From: Octopus vulgaris
Taxonomy: Eukaryota
NCBI GenBank assembly: GCA_951406725.2
Contig: OX597825.1
Span: 62,434,001-62,498,000 of the forward strand
Length of the DNA stretch: 64,000 nt
Direction: 5' to 3'
Both the position numbers and the translations under genes were made by a program. Position 1 is the stretch's first letter. Every line of letters starts with the position of its first letter. Under the pieces are notes generated by a model. The model was not told the DNA's origin. It ran no database searches and worked only from the letters and a program-made list of their open reading frames with translations. Below, in pieces: positions 27,171 to 39,127 of the stretch.

Positions 27171-27299
27171 AAAAATAAAATAAAAAGAGAATAGGAAAAG
27201 TGAAACAAGTTGACATTCTGCTTCCATCAACAAAACAGGGAAAAGATAACACGTGCATAGTTTTCTGCATTTATTCAAATAATATTTTATACTTTTTCA

Positions 27300-28445
27300 A
27301 ATTACAGAACACCCTTTTTTTTTCATTGTATAGCCCATAGATTAAATCTAGTTCTGACTCAAGCGGCTACAAATCTTAAGAATGTGATAAGTTTTTTCAC
27401 TGATAAAGTCTTTTTGTTATTCTTTTGTAAGTCATCTAAACGTGTGCATGTATTAGATATTGAAATTTTCCAAAAGTGGCACCAACTTTTGGAAAATGAA
27501 TCATTCGTTGGTAGAAACAGTTCGTGAATATCATGAGCAACTTGCTAATTTATTCCTAAACATCATTGATGATTCAAGTAAGAGGGACACGGAAATTGAA
27601 ATACGATTGTCTAAACAAAATTATGTTCAATTTTTTGTTAAATGTGTTTGAAGGTATTTTTATTTACACAAATACAGCATTTGACATCCTCCAGAAAACA
27701 TTTGACATATCCTGCTGTATTCATAAAGTAAATGAAATTGTGTAAATTTTGAAAGAAAAATGTATGAATTTTCTAAATTTTGGGGTAACGTTGATAGCAT
27801 TTATCCTCAAATGAAGAAAAGAAAAATGCATTTGGAATAGAAGAAAGGGCAGCTGTTCTACAAAATTATAGATTTAATTTGCGTCAAAGTTTAAATGAAT
27901 TACAGGACCCAATGAGACAAAATAAAAACATCCAGGAAACATCTCTAGCTTGCCTTAAACATTCTAATGGGGACCAATTTTGACAGCCAAAAGTTAAGAA
28001 GTGAACTTACTACCTTGTACAAAGATGCTGGACTAAAAGGAAAGTCTATGCAAGATTTATTTTACATTCTGCATAATAGTGGATTAGATGAAGCTTTTCC
28101 CCAGTTAATGAAGCTTTCATCATCATCATTTAATATCTGCTTTCCATGCTAGCATGGGTTGGACGATTTAACTGAGGACTGGTGAACTAGATGGCTGCGT
28201 CAGGCTCCAATCTGATCTGGTAGAGTTTCTACAGCATTGTGAATCAATATTAACTCTACCAGCAACAAGTGCTACAGTAGAGTGTCCCTTTGCATACCTA
28301 AGGAGAATTCATAATTATGCAAGAAATTCGCACAGACAAGAAAGTTTGAGCAGGTTAGCTCTAATTAGCATAGAAAAAGCTGTTTTAAAAACCTTCTACA
28401 ATGATGTTATCAACGATTTCAACAAGAGAGAAGGACTGAATTAAC
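27300..28445 (+). pseudogene. hAT transposase remnant, split by a SINE D fragment (28120-28235)
   Basis: LDEAFPQLMKL..ILTLPATSATVECPFAYLRRIHNYARNSHRQESLSRLALISIEK matches the hAT dimerisation motif (P..SA..ER.FS.L.RI...LR.....RL..LA...IE). Confidence 0.7.
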
Positions 28446-28589
28446 ATTTAAATAAAATAGCTAAGTTTTAATTCTGTTCTTTTTTGTTTTAAAATGGTAA
28501 TTTGATTCAAATATCTATAACAGAATATTTTGATCATTACGATAAAGAAATAAATATTTTTGCTAAATATAAAGCACCCATGCAGTACC

Positions 28590-28802
28590 ATGTTAAAACG
28601 CCCATGAGGTGACATGTAAAAGCACCGAGCACACTCTGTAAAGCAGTTGGCATAAGGAAAGGCATCCAGCCGTAGCAACCATGTCAAATCAGACTGGAAT
28701 CTGGTGCAGCTCTCCAGTTTGCTGGCTTTGGTCAAACCGTCCAACCCATATCCACATGGACAATGGACGTTAAATGATGATGATGACGACGATGATGACG
28801 AC

Positions 28803-28865
<63 letters not shown>

Positions 28866-28868
28866 GAT
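28590..28868 (+). mobile_element. SINE family D with (ATG)n tail
   Basis: Family D motifs followed by GGACGTTAAAT(GAT)n. Confidence 0.75.
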
Positions 28869-29364
28869 TTTAGCTAAATAAGTAAAGTGGCAATTAACAT
28901 AACCCACTAGTGTCATTGACATTGTCAGCTGAAATCCTGCTGGTAGATATTGCGTTGTCATCATATATCGTAACCTACTTAACTGAAAAAACTATATCGC
29001 TAGTGTTATGCCTTTGATGTTGATATTAGTTAATAGTCTAAGTGCTATGGAGTGAGAGAATCAGTAAAGCAATAGATAAATTATCTGGCTGAGGGTGAGA
29101 AAAATAGGTGAAGGCTAGATGCAATAATTTCTCTTCATTCTCTATGTAGCAAAGTAGAGATACACCTGCATACAATGCTGTTCTCATTTCTGCCACCACC
29201 ATTTTACATTAGATATTGCAAAATTTACAATTTATTTTATTAACAAAATCAATAGTGTAGTACTTAGAGATATTCTTTTATGTTTCAAGTTCATAACATC
29301 CCTAAGGTTGGCTCTTTTACCTTTCTGAGACCAATAAGACAGTTAGCAATCAAAACTGCTATTT

Positions 29365-29785
29365 TTTCCATTGATCAGTCAAGTCAGTCGCTCTGCTTCC
29401 ATAAAACACAATCCTGACATATTTTAGAAAGCCTATATTAATCACTTTGCTCACTTAATTGACTATTTGATCATTCCTTTTTCCATTAGAAGAAAAATAC
29501 AAAAATTCTAGAAATCCTTATTTAATACTCCCTACTCACTTAGCTAATAGATAATCCCCTCTTCCTAAAGAACTGATCCTTGTGACAATTTAAAAAGAAG
29601 AATCATTATATATAGTTTCTGCTCATTTAGTTGATCAGTTGATCTTTCCTTCTTCCATAAGAATTGAACTTTTGACAATTTTATAAAACTTACTTAATCA
29701 TCCTTGTCCACTGATTTGACTAATTGATCATTTCCTTTCCTAAAAGAATTGATCATGTGACAATTTTAGGAATCCTAATCTAATA
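29365..29785. repeat. Old diverged tandem repeat, ~85-95-bp period
   Basis: Recurrent TTGATCA..TTCC..AAGAA.TGA.C.TGTGACAATTT..AATC..GCTCAC.TA units, about 5 copies. Confidence 0.55.
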
Positions 29786-29789
29786 GTAC

Positions 29790-30150
29790 TTGTTCACTGA
29801 GTTTCAGACAGATCAGCCTATGTCTCTTACCATCACAGAAATCAGCAATAATTTTGAAGCAGGTGGCACTGTTCTGAATGTACTCAAGAAATATTCTGAA
29901 AGACCTTTTGATAAACCTCTCAAAGAAAGAAAAGTTACTGGAAGTGTACTGCCAAAGTTCAAGAAAATCTGTGCAAGTAAGCAAGTCATGAGATAATTTC
30001 AAAAATCACGTGTTCATCGCATTTTGAAGTACTGCTATAGGAAAAGTTACATTCCACCCTCAATGAAAATGACCTTGGCTGATGGTAGAGTATTGTAAAT
30101 GGTATTTAGTAAGATGGGCAGAAGCTGCACACTTTCCAACTAAAGTTTTT
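29790..30150 (+). pseudogene. Tc1/mariner (maT-like) transposase N-terminal remnant
   Basis: FQTDQPMSLTITEISNNFEAGGTVLNV resembles the F...P....I......F...G.V N-terminal HTH of this group. Confidence 0.45.
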
Positions 30151-30169
30151 TGAGTAATGATAATATATG

Positions 30170-30389
30170 TGGGATTGCTGAAAAGTTCTTGGCTTTGGGG
30201 AAAAAAAAAATTCAGGAGGATCAGTTAATTATAATTTTATTCAACATATTCCCCTCTCAAATTTACACACTTATTACAGTAATCCTTCAGTTTTTCTCGG
30301 CCCTGTTAAAGGAACTCACAATGTTGGCCCTCCAACCAGGTCTTTCAGGATACCCTTAAAGTCAGGAACATTGATTCACCCACCCCCTA
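30170..30389 (-). mobile_element. mariner-derived MITE, same family as 14409-14624
   Basis: Reverse-complement similarity over the whole length. Confidence 0.7.
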
Positions 30390-30711
30390 TTTAAAATAAA
30401 TGGCACAATTATACATACTAGGAACTTGAGTATCTGCACATTATAGAGACATATCATGTTAATTTATCAAGAGTGATAGTATGGTGTGGCTTATTATCAA
30501 ATGGAGTAAGTAATCACCCTAACTTTTGTTTGGATGCTTCTGTGACTGATCTTATTTATTTGAATTTCTTGTGACAATTGTCATGTTAAGCTTTCAAAAG
30601 AACTTTGAAGATGTGGAGTTTATTTACTGCAAGACTGGGCACCCAACACTGCCATAGTAATGTAAAAGCCTAGGAAACTAATGTAAATATGTATATATGT
30701 ATATATATATA

Positions 30712-31276
30712 TAAGGTTGTCTGGAAAGTTCGTGCCGATTTTTAAAGGAAAGAAAAAGGTCAATAAATACTTGCCATTACATTTTTAATCAACCAAATAT
30801 GAACCATTTTGTTGCACAATGCGTTTCCATCTTTTCTTTAACTTAAAAATACCCTCTTCCCAGAATTGAGGTGGTTTCATGGCAAAGAATTCATCAAGGT
30901 ATCTTTTTATGTTATCCAAGGAACTGAAATTTTTACCATTAAGACTATTCTGCAGAGACCTGAATAAGTGGAAATCTGAAGGAGCAATAACTGGTGAATA
31001 TGGAGGGTGGGGTAACACATCCCAGCCGAGCTGAAGTAATTTTTGTCTGGTTCCCAAAGCATCAAATGCAGAAATGAACTTTCTTATCTTCCATTTTAAA
31101 GGGTTACAGAATTAACACAGGTTATAGGAACATAAACCTTGCTCCATGAAAACATAGCCTAAACTGTGCTCTAAATGGAGGTGTAGTCAAATCCTATTTC
31201 ATGTACTCAACCACGTTCTAAAATAAGTCAAAATATAAGCTATTATAAGTCGGTACAAACTTTCCGGACAACCCAA
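30712..31276 (-). mobile_element. mariner internal-deletion derivative with both TIRs
   Basis: TIRs GGTTGTCTGGAAAGTTCGTGCCGA / TCGGTACAAACTTTCCGGACAACC, TA-flanked. ORF 30785-31057 contains HPPYSPVIAPSDFHLF..GIFKLKKRW. Confidence 0.9.
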
Positions 31277-31324
31277 TATATATACACATATATATATATA
31301 TATATATACATATATATATGCAAT

Positions 31325-31446
31325 TGCAGCGGGAAGGTGTTTATAAGCCAATTAAGAAATACATAAAACCGTTAGATTCACTTCAACATTTAAATTTTAT
31401 TTGTCAAAATATTTTCGTTGCTTTGAGACCTCGACCTGTTCACTGC
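31325..31446 (-). mobile_element. PLE pLTR-like 3' end with variant HHR-like motif
   Basis: Minus strand GTGAACAG-GTCG..GCAAC-GAAAATATTTTGAC, same architecture as the motif at 7050-7088; abuts (TA)n. Confidence 0.4.
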
Positions 31447-31448
31447 AA

Positions 31449-31716
31449 GGACAACTGATGAAGGGGGAATATTCTTTATGTTGCATGTCTCGTTTCTCTG
31501 TTTGTTTTTCTGTTGTTCAATAAACAGTTTGTTTCTATATTTTTATTTTTATGTTTTCGTTTGTCATTGTGTTCAACGTTTTTTTTTATGTCCTGCACCC
31601 ATATATGCATGTATTATACATATATATGTAGGTATGTATACATGCATATATTTATATATTATTTATATTATTATATGATCGAACACCACGCATCCTTTTC
31701 CAAGTGAGTTTTATCT
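31449..31716 (+). mobile_element. PLE pLTR-like non-coding element (2215/34285 family)
   Basis: GGACAACTGATGAAGGGGGAATATTCTTTATGTTGCA...GATCGAACACCACGCATCCTTTTCCAAGT. Confidence 0.6.
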
Positions 31717-32930
31717 ATATAGATAGATAGATATAGATATATATATAAAGTATGATTTATTCGTGATCAGAGGCGTTCATAAACCAAGTTACTACAGTAT
31801 TAAATGAATATGAGAAAGACAGGATATAAAGTACAATTTATTCATGATCAGAGTTGTTCAAAAATCGAGGTACTACTGTATATATAATATAATAAAATAT
31901 AATGAAATTATTTATATGTGTGTGTGTACATGTGTGTAGGTGCAGGTGTTTATATATATATGTGTGTATATATGTGTGTGTGTGTTTATACACACACACA
32001 ATACATATGACTGGCTTCGTCCTCAAAACTTCATTCGCATGACACTGTTTGACCCAAGTCCACCGTTTAATACACTTGATCAAGTTGACAGATAATGAGA
32101 TTGATCTGAAAATAACATGATGCTCACTACTTCATTATAACCTTACACTTACTGTCAGACATAACAGAATTGAAGATGTTGACATTTGGATCAAGAATTA
32201 GATGAAATTCATCACCTGACACCATGAGTATTTGTCTGTCTTATGCTTCTATATTTCATACCACATTGTAAAAGTGAATTGAAGTAACTGTAGAAAATAA
32301 AATATAAAACTCTTGTAAATTTTACTCAATCATCAAACAAAACACAACACAATTCTACTCTGGGAATATAGTTTCATTTTAAGTGTCACTGTATTCAATT
32401 AGTTAAATTTTTTGATATGTTGTCTTATTTTGTGTTGTCTGTTTGCAGTCAATCAAAATATATTCAATTTTGTGGAGATTATTAAAACAGTCAATTATTC
32501 AGAAACTAGAAATTCCCAAGAAAAGACACATTATCATGTTTTTTTTCTTTGATTTTTCAATTTAATTTTATTTTATTTTATATTATTTTTATGAGAACTA
32601 AGTCTTCAAAAATACTAAAGCTGAGTTTGAATTAACATTTAAATGAAAATATCAACTATTCAGTTTCGAAAATTACTGAATATCGTTATCAATAATGTAT
32701 AATAATTCTTAAATCTGTTCAGTTTCGATATTGTTTAAGCTGATGTAAATACCATTCTTGCTTTCACTAAAATGAAACAACAGAGATACAAGTATTATCT
32801 GAACAGAATATATCATAAGCAGTTGTAGAAATTCTCAGTATATCTTAAAGTGGGATTATTTTAGGGATATTGTTTTTCCAAAATGAACAGAGATAAAAAC
32901 AAACAGAAAAATTAGAACAAGAGCATATGG

Positions 32931-32932
32931 AT

Positions 32933-32963
<31 letters not shown>

Positions 32964-33160
32964 CATCATCATCCTCATCATCATCCTCATCCTCATCATC
33001 CTCATCATCATCACCATCATCATCCTCCTCATCCTCATCATCCTCATCATCATCATCCTCATCATCATCATCATCATCATCATCATTATCATCATCATTG
33101 TCGTCGTCGTCGTCATCATCATCATTATCGTCATATTGTCATGCTCATCCTCATCATTAT
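32931..33160. repeat. (CAT/CCT)n microsatellite
   Basis: Directly visible in the sequence. Confidence 0.95.
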
Positions 33161-33547
33161 CAAGTTAACATTCAATTTTACATGCTTGCATGGGTTGGAT
33201 TGAATTTATTGAGGCAATTTACCTCTAAACCCATATGTTCTTTCTGTCACTAACCATTACTAGTTTTCAAGCAAAGTAATTTTCCCTATGGCCAGGCATG
33301 AGTTTACATAATATTGGAAATGAATGAGAGCTAAACATTCCCATAAGTCATCATCTTCTTCATCATCCTCATCATCATCATTTAACCTCTGTTTTCCACG
33401 TTGGCAACGGTCAGATGGCTTGACAGGGGTTGGCTAGGGAGAAGACTGGACAAGGTTTCACTGTCTGCTTTGGCAGGTTTTTTTATAGCTGGATGCCTTT
33501 CCTAACACGAACCACAGAATGGACTGCATTCACATATATATATATAT

Positions 33548-33613
33548 ACTTGGAAGAGCGTGGTGTTCAATCATATAATAATATAAATTATACATACATA
33601 TATATATATCTTT

Positions 33614-33677
<64 letters not shown>

Positions 33678-34430
33678 ATGTGTGTGTGTATATACATATG
33701 TATATGTACATATTTTCATCTATATATATATATGCATATATACATATGTATATGTATATACTTTCATCTATACATATATATATATATATATATATATGCA
33801 TATGTGGGCACAGGACATCATGAAACATAAACATGTTGTACATGTTTCATGATGTCCTGTGCCCACATATGCATATATATATATATATCATCATCATCAT
33901 GATGATGATGATGATGATATGATATATATATATGCATATGTGGGCACAGGACATCATGAAACATGTACAACAATAGAATACAAAGTATGAGTACATGGAA
34001 TATGAACTATTTTTTTAAACAATGAAAGGACACAAATGGAAAACAAGACAAGGAAGACATGTTCTCATCTGTCTCCTGTCCAAGCTTGATTTACACGTTC
34101 ACCACCACAACCTCATTTAAGCTTAGCAGCCCTTCCTGTTTTTTTCACTCTCTTGTTTGTGTTACCAATTTTGACCCCCCCCACAAAATCCCAAATTTTA
34201 TTTAATTTGCTTTGCGAGAGCAACTGTTTTATCGAGAGCAGATATTATTCTTAAATGCTCGAAATACGAGACTAGGAAAATAGCCAACAACTGATGAAGG
34301 GTCTTTCTTTATGTTGTTTGTCTTGTTTTCCATTTGTGTCTTATGTTGTTCGAAAAAATAGTTCATATTCTATGTACTCGTACTTCATATTTTTTTGTAC
34401 ACATTCCATGACATCCTGCGCTCACATATG

Positions 34431-34440
<10 letters not shown>
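33548..34440. mobile_element. Inverted pair of the pLTR-like family with an internal fold-back triplication
   Basis: 33930-34058 is a diverged reverse complement of 34305-34440; 33548-33590 is the inverted 3' end of the family. Confidence 0.6.
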
Positions 34441-34470
<30 letters not shown>

Positions 34471-34479
34471 CATATATAT

Positions 34480-34778
34480 ATATCACGTGATCACGTGACC
34501 GACCAGACCATCAGATGTTGTTACACATCGCTGGTCACAATGCATTCGCATTGTTTTTTAGCCTTCGAATGATGCCACCCCGCTGGCTAAGCGAGCAGGC
34601 CAACAGAAGAAAGAGTGATAGAAAGTGTGGTGAAAGAGTACAGCAGGGATCACCACCCCCTGCCGGAGCCTCGTGGAACTTTTTAGGAGTTTTCGCTCAA
34701 TAAACACTCACAACGCCCGGTCTAGGAATCGAAACCGCGATCCTACGACCGCGAGTCCACTGGGCCATTGCGCCTCCA
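34480..34778 (-). mobile_element. SINE family C
   Basis: Reverse-complement head GGAGGCGCAATGGCCCAGTGG..ACTCGCGGTCGTAGGATCGCGGTTTCGATTCC. Confidence 0.8.
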
Positions 34779-34784
34779 CACACT

Positions 34785-34822
<38 letters not shown>

Positions 34823-34917
34823 GGAGTAAACACATAAATGTGAAACAAGGTGGAAAAAAGAGTACTCAAATACCAGTGGTAGAGTAATATGCTTTATTTT
34901 AAGCAGCAGAAAATTCA

Positions 34918-34969
34918 ACAAAATTTGTTACTCTGAGTTTCTCGTTGCCGTTCATCAGACAGTTTTTGC
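34918..34969 (-). ncRNA. Minimal type I hammerhead ribozyme (left arm)
   Basis: Mirror of 37868-37919; the 3' strand of stem I carries an extra mismatch (ACAAATTTTG). Confidence 0.75.
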
Positions 34970-36032
34970 TAGAATGGAACCGATATATCAATTCAATCTA
35001 GACTCTTACAAACGCTACACCTTTAAAAAGAAATGGACTTGTTTGATTGGCCCTTTAGAAAAAAACGGTCAATCTTCGAACGATAAACAAAAAGGTCAAA
35101 AATATATGTATATATATATAAAAAAGCTTATAAAAATTATAAAATCCGAGGAAAAACCTTGAATAAAATACATATTGACATTAATGAAGAAAGTATAAAT
35201 TAATTCATAGGAATTAAACCTGTTGTAAATATTACACTGCAATACATATTTTTATTAAAATGTGCATATATATATCAACATACACAAAAAGGATGCGTGC
35301 CAACGCCATACATATACAGACGTATGAATATAAATCTAAATATACACATAAATGCATGTGTACATATATTCACGCAAAACCATCTCGCACGCAAGTTAAA
35401 AATCATGTATGTAGCGATTCTCATATACTGAGTAAGGGGGGGAACGAATGAAAGGAAGAGAGAGAAAAGGAACGAAGGAGGGGTGGGGAAAAAAACGAAA
35501 TAAGAAAAAATTATGTATACAATCTGTGTAACGGCGTTATTGGCATATATGGAGACAAGTATACAAACAAGTTCGTATATACAGTCGTGTATATGTGTGC
35601 TTAAGCACAAACATACTCTCACTTACACATACACAGATACGCATGCTTACAAATACATATCCTCGGCTATACACATACTTACATCAACATTTTAATTTTG
35701 ACAACATTGCTTTTTTTGAAAAAAACATTGCTTTTTTTAAAAGAATGGGTGCATTAATAAAAATATATACGAAAGACATATAAAATAAAATATAACACCC
35801 TATTTTGGATCATTTATAAATAATCAAGGTAATATAAATAATCAAGGTAATCCTATACAATACAGTAACCTGAAAACAGGGTCGAAGGTTTTTCCTGATG
35901 TATATGTAGAAACATAAGACTTTGCTATACGGATTAAGATCCGCATAGCTTGGAAAACAAAATCCATTGTAGCGCTCATTGTTCAAGAGTCAAAATCAAA
36001 ATTTCAAAAATCAAAAATACAAAATATATACT

Positions 36033-36725
36033 CTATCCATATGGTATATTTATATTCGACATTTTAAATTTAGCCGCGTGTCTATATAAGTTCATTAGCT
36101 CACTTCTTTGATTCAAAGAATTATTGTCTTTGAATAAGATGTACATTTTTTCTAATAGACAAAGTTTGCACTTGAAATTATTTTTGTAAGCTCCATGCCT
36201 GTATGATGCCGCCCTGTCCAGAATGCTCCATGTCACGTTGAAAGGTGGGGCTTCCTTTTCTTTTAGTTCCCAGACATATTTTGCTAGGCTGGTCCTCTTC
36301 CTATTCTCTGGGTATTTAAATGAATTTTTATGAGAATAAAATCTTGTTTTAAATGAATTTTCTGAAGCCCCTGTGTATGTCTTGTATTCTGATGAGCCTT
36401 CCACTTGCACCTTGGCTCTATAAACTACTCCTTTCACTAGACATTTCCCTTCTAACGGACAGGAGCTTTCGTTTTTGAAATTGCATTTCTTAATGGGCTC
36501 GGCACCATGTCTAATCTCAATTAGCTTCCTATTATGTTGGCTAATGTAAGAGGCGAAATTTCTGCAACAAGAATAGCTAACTTTTAGGGTTCTTCTATTA
36601 AAAATCCTATAGAATTTATGACCCTGCTTAAAATGCTTAGAGACTAATCTCAAAAATTCCTTACCTATATTAGTCTTTACGGCCAAATTGAAGGCCGGGT
36701 TGAACCACAAAACTTTCCTGGTCCT
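36033..36725 (-). CDS. PLE C-terminal GIY-YIG endonuclease region; 5'-truncated, RT domain missing
   Basis: RTRKVLWFNPAFN..TNIGKEFL..KHF..KVSYSC; CN....CPLEGKC; VVY..TYTG..FKTRFYSH (GIY-YIG); CKLCLLEK..LNQRSELMNL.RH. Frame is open up to the inversion junction. Confidence 0.85.
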   Translation of the reverse strand, partial: RTRKVLWFNPAFNLAVKTNIGKEFLRLVSKHFKQGHKFYRIFNRRTLKVSYSCCRNFASYISQHNRKLIEIRHGAEPIKKCNFKNESSCPLEGKCLVKGVVYRAKVQVEGSSEYKTYTGASENSFKTRFYSHKNSFKYPENRKRTSLAKYVWELKEKEAPPFNVTWSILDRAASYRHGAYKNNFKCKLCLLEKMYILFKDNNSLNQRSELMNLYRHAAKFKMSNINIPYG

Positions 36726-37867
36726 AGTGAGCTAATGAACTTATGTAGGCACGTGGCTAAATTTAAAATGTCGAATATAAATATACCATATGGATAGAGT
36801 ATATATTTTGTATTTTTGATTTTTGAAATTTTGATTTTGACTCTTGAACGATGAGCGCTACAATGGATTTTGTTTTCCAAGCTATGCGGATCTTAATCCG
36901 TATAGCAAAGTCTTATGTTTCTACATATACATCAGGAAAAACCTTCGACCCTGTTTTCAGGTTACTGTACTGTATAGGATTACCTTGATTATTTATATTA
37001 CCTTGATTATTTATAAATGATCCAAAATAGGGTGTTATATTTTATTTTATATGTCTTTCGTATATATTTTTATTAATGCACCCATTCTTTTAAAAAAAGC
37101 AATGTTTTTTTCAAAAAAAGCAATGTTGTCAAAATTAAAATGTTGATGTAAGTATGTGTATAGCCGAGGATATGTATTTGTAAGCATGCGTATCTGTGTA
37201 TGTGTAAGTGAGAGTATGTTTGTGCTTAAGCACACATATACACGACTGTATATACGAACTTGTTTGTATACTTGTCTCCATATATGCCAATAACGCCGTT
37301 ACACAGATTGTATACATAATTTTTTCTTATTTCGTTTTTTTCCCCACCCCTCCTTCGTTCCTTTTTCTCTCTCTTCCTTTCATTCGTTCCCCCCCTTACT
37401 CAGTATATGAGAATCGCTACATACATGATTTTTAACTTGCGTGCGAGATGGTTTTGCGTGAATATATGTACACATACATTTATGTGTATATTTAGATTTA
37501 TATTCATACGTCTGTATATGTATGGCGTTGGCGCGCATCCTTTTTGTGTATGTTGATATATATATGCACATTTTAATAAAAATATGTATTGCAGTGTAAT
37601 ATTTATAACAGGTTTAATTCCTATGAATTAATTTATACTTTCTTCATTAATGTCAATATGTATTTTATTCAATGTAAGGTTTTTTCCTCGGATTTTATAA
37701 TTTTTATAAGCTTTTTTATATATATATACATATATTTTTGACCTTTTTGTTTATCGCTCGATGATTGACCGTTTTTTTCTAAAGGGCTAATCAAACAAGT
37801 CCATTTCTTTTTAAAGGTGTAGCGTTTGTAAGAGTCTAGATTGAATTGATATATCGGTTCCATTCTA

Positions 37868-37919
37868 GCAAAAACTGTCTGATGAACGGCAACGAGAAAC
37901 TCAGAGTAACAGATTTTGT
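37868..37919 (+). ncRNA. Minimal type I hammerhead ribozyme (right arm)
   Basis: CAAAAACTGT-CTGATGA-aCG gcaa CGa-GAA-ACTC a GAGT-A-ACAGATTTTG; GUA site after 37908; stem III has a 1-nt loop. Confidence 0.85.
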
Positions 37920-37989
37920 TGAATTTTCTGCTGCTTAAAATAAAGTATATATATATATATAAATATTATTTATATTATATATATATACG

Positions 37990-38064
<75 letters not shown>

Positions 38065-38223
38065 TATATTATATATATATGTATGAAAGTTTGTATGATT
38101 GCATATAGAGGAATATATTAATCAATGAAATTCCAGCCTAGTCTGATTTTCACATTTTATTATTTACAGTTTTTACAATTTTACAATATTATAATAGCAG
38201 AATATTATATATCTATTGTGATA

Positions 38224-38261
38224 AAGCTAGTACTTTCATGCCTTACGCAATCATCAGGTTT
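38224..38261 (-). ncRNA. Minimal hammerhead ribozyme (left arm)
   Basis: AAAC-CTGATGA-tTGC gtaag GCAt-GAAA-GTAC-TA-GCTT. Confidence 0.65.
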
Positions 38262-38333
38262 GTGTAGTTGTAGTAACAGTCATGTTCCACAATTGACAAC
38301 AGCTGTCGCTACTACTACTGCTACTACTAAATT

Positions 38334-38369
38334 AACCTGATGATTGTGTGATCCATGAAAGTACTAGTT
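38334..38369 (+). ncRNA. Minimal hammerhead ribozyme (right arm)
   Basis: AAC-CTGATGA-tTG tgtgatc CAt-GAAA-GTAC-TA-GTT; palindromic AGTACT stem III. Confidence 0.65.
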
Positions 38370-38509
38370 TTATCACGAAAAAATATATAATATTCTATTA
38401 TTATAATATTTTAAAAGTGCAAAATTATAGATAATAAGATATAAAAATCAGACTAGGTTGGGACTTAATTAATTAATATACAAATATATGTATATATACA
38501 TTCTATATA

Positions 38510-38684
38510 ACTTTTACTTGTTTCAGTCATTTTAAGCTGAGTTACTCTATCAGTTCCTTTTCGCTGAACTGCTAAGTTCAGGGGACATAAACACACCAAC
38601 ATCTGTTGTCAAGCAATGGTGGGGGAACGCACAAATATAAAGACAAACACACATGAATATATAAACTCATACATACATATATAC

Positions 38685-38740
<56 letters not shown>

Positions 38741-38888
38741 GAAATTTACTGAAAAACAAAAGACGAAGACAAGTGTATTAGTTTAACACTCGGGAAGGTG
38801 AAAAAAATCTTTCAGCCTATGCTCTTCAACAGAAAGGAACGTGAAGAAAATAAACAGAGAGAATAAAAGAGAGAATATGTATGTGTGT

Positions 38889-38969
<81 letters not shown>

Positions 38970-39127
38970 TACAAAACGGGTTTCTTTCAGTTTCCCTCTA
39001 CCAAATCCATTCACAATGCTTTGGTTGACCTGATACTATAGTAGTAGATATATACCCAAGTTGCCATGCAGTGGGTCTGAACTCCGAACTATGTGGTTGG
39101 GAAGCAAGCTTCTTACCACTCAGCCAT
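38510..39127 (-). mobile_element. SINE family A interrupted in its (TA)n by a pLTR-like insert (38738-38880)
   Basis: Tail 38510-38650 and head 38975-39127; the insert matches 47420-47570 and the reverse complement of 49560-49710. Confidence 0.7.

Larger units (their letters stand above)
34821..37950 (-). mobile_element. 5'-truncated Penelope-like retroelement with inverted pseudo-LTR, inserted in (TA)n
   Basis: Inverted arms 34887-36104 and 36726-37950 are near-identical (mirrored ORFs in the track). GIY-YIG ORF lies between; each arm has an HHR; (TA)n on both flanks. Confidence 0.9.
38114..38480. mobile_element. Fold-back element with an HHR in each arm
   Basis: Arms about 38114-38280 and 38308-38480, e.g. 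CCTAGTCTGATTTT vs AAAATCAGACTAGG; TA-rich flanks. Confidence 0.75.

Noticed and set aside
34974-35783. Short ORFs duplicated on opposite strands (mirrored at 37047-37863)
   Set aside because: A by-product of the inverted pLTR; no protein features.
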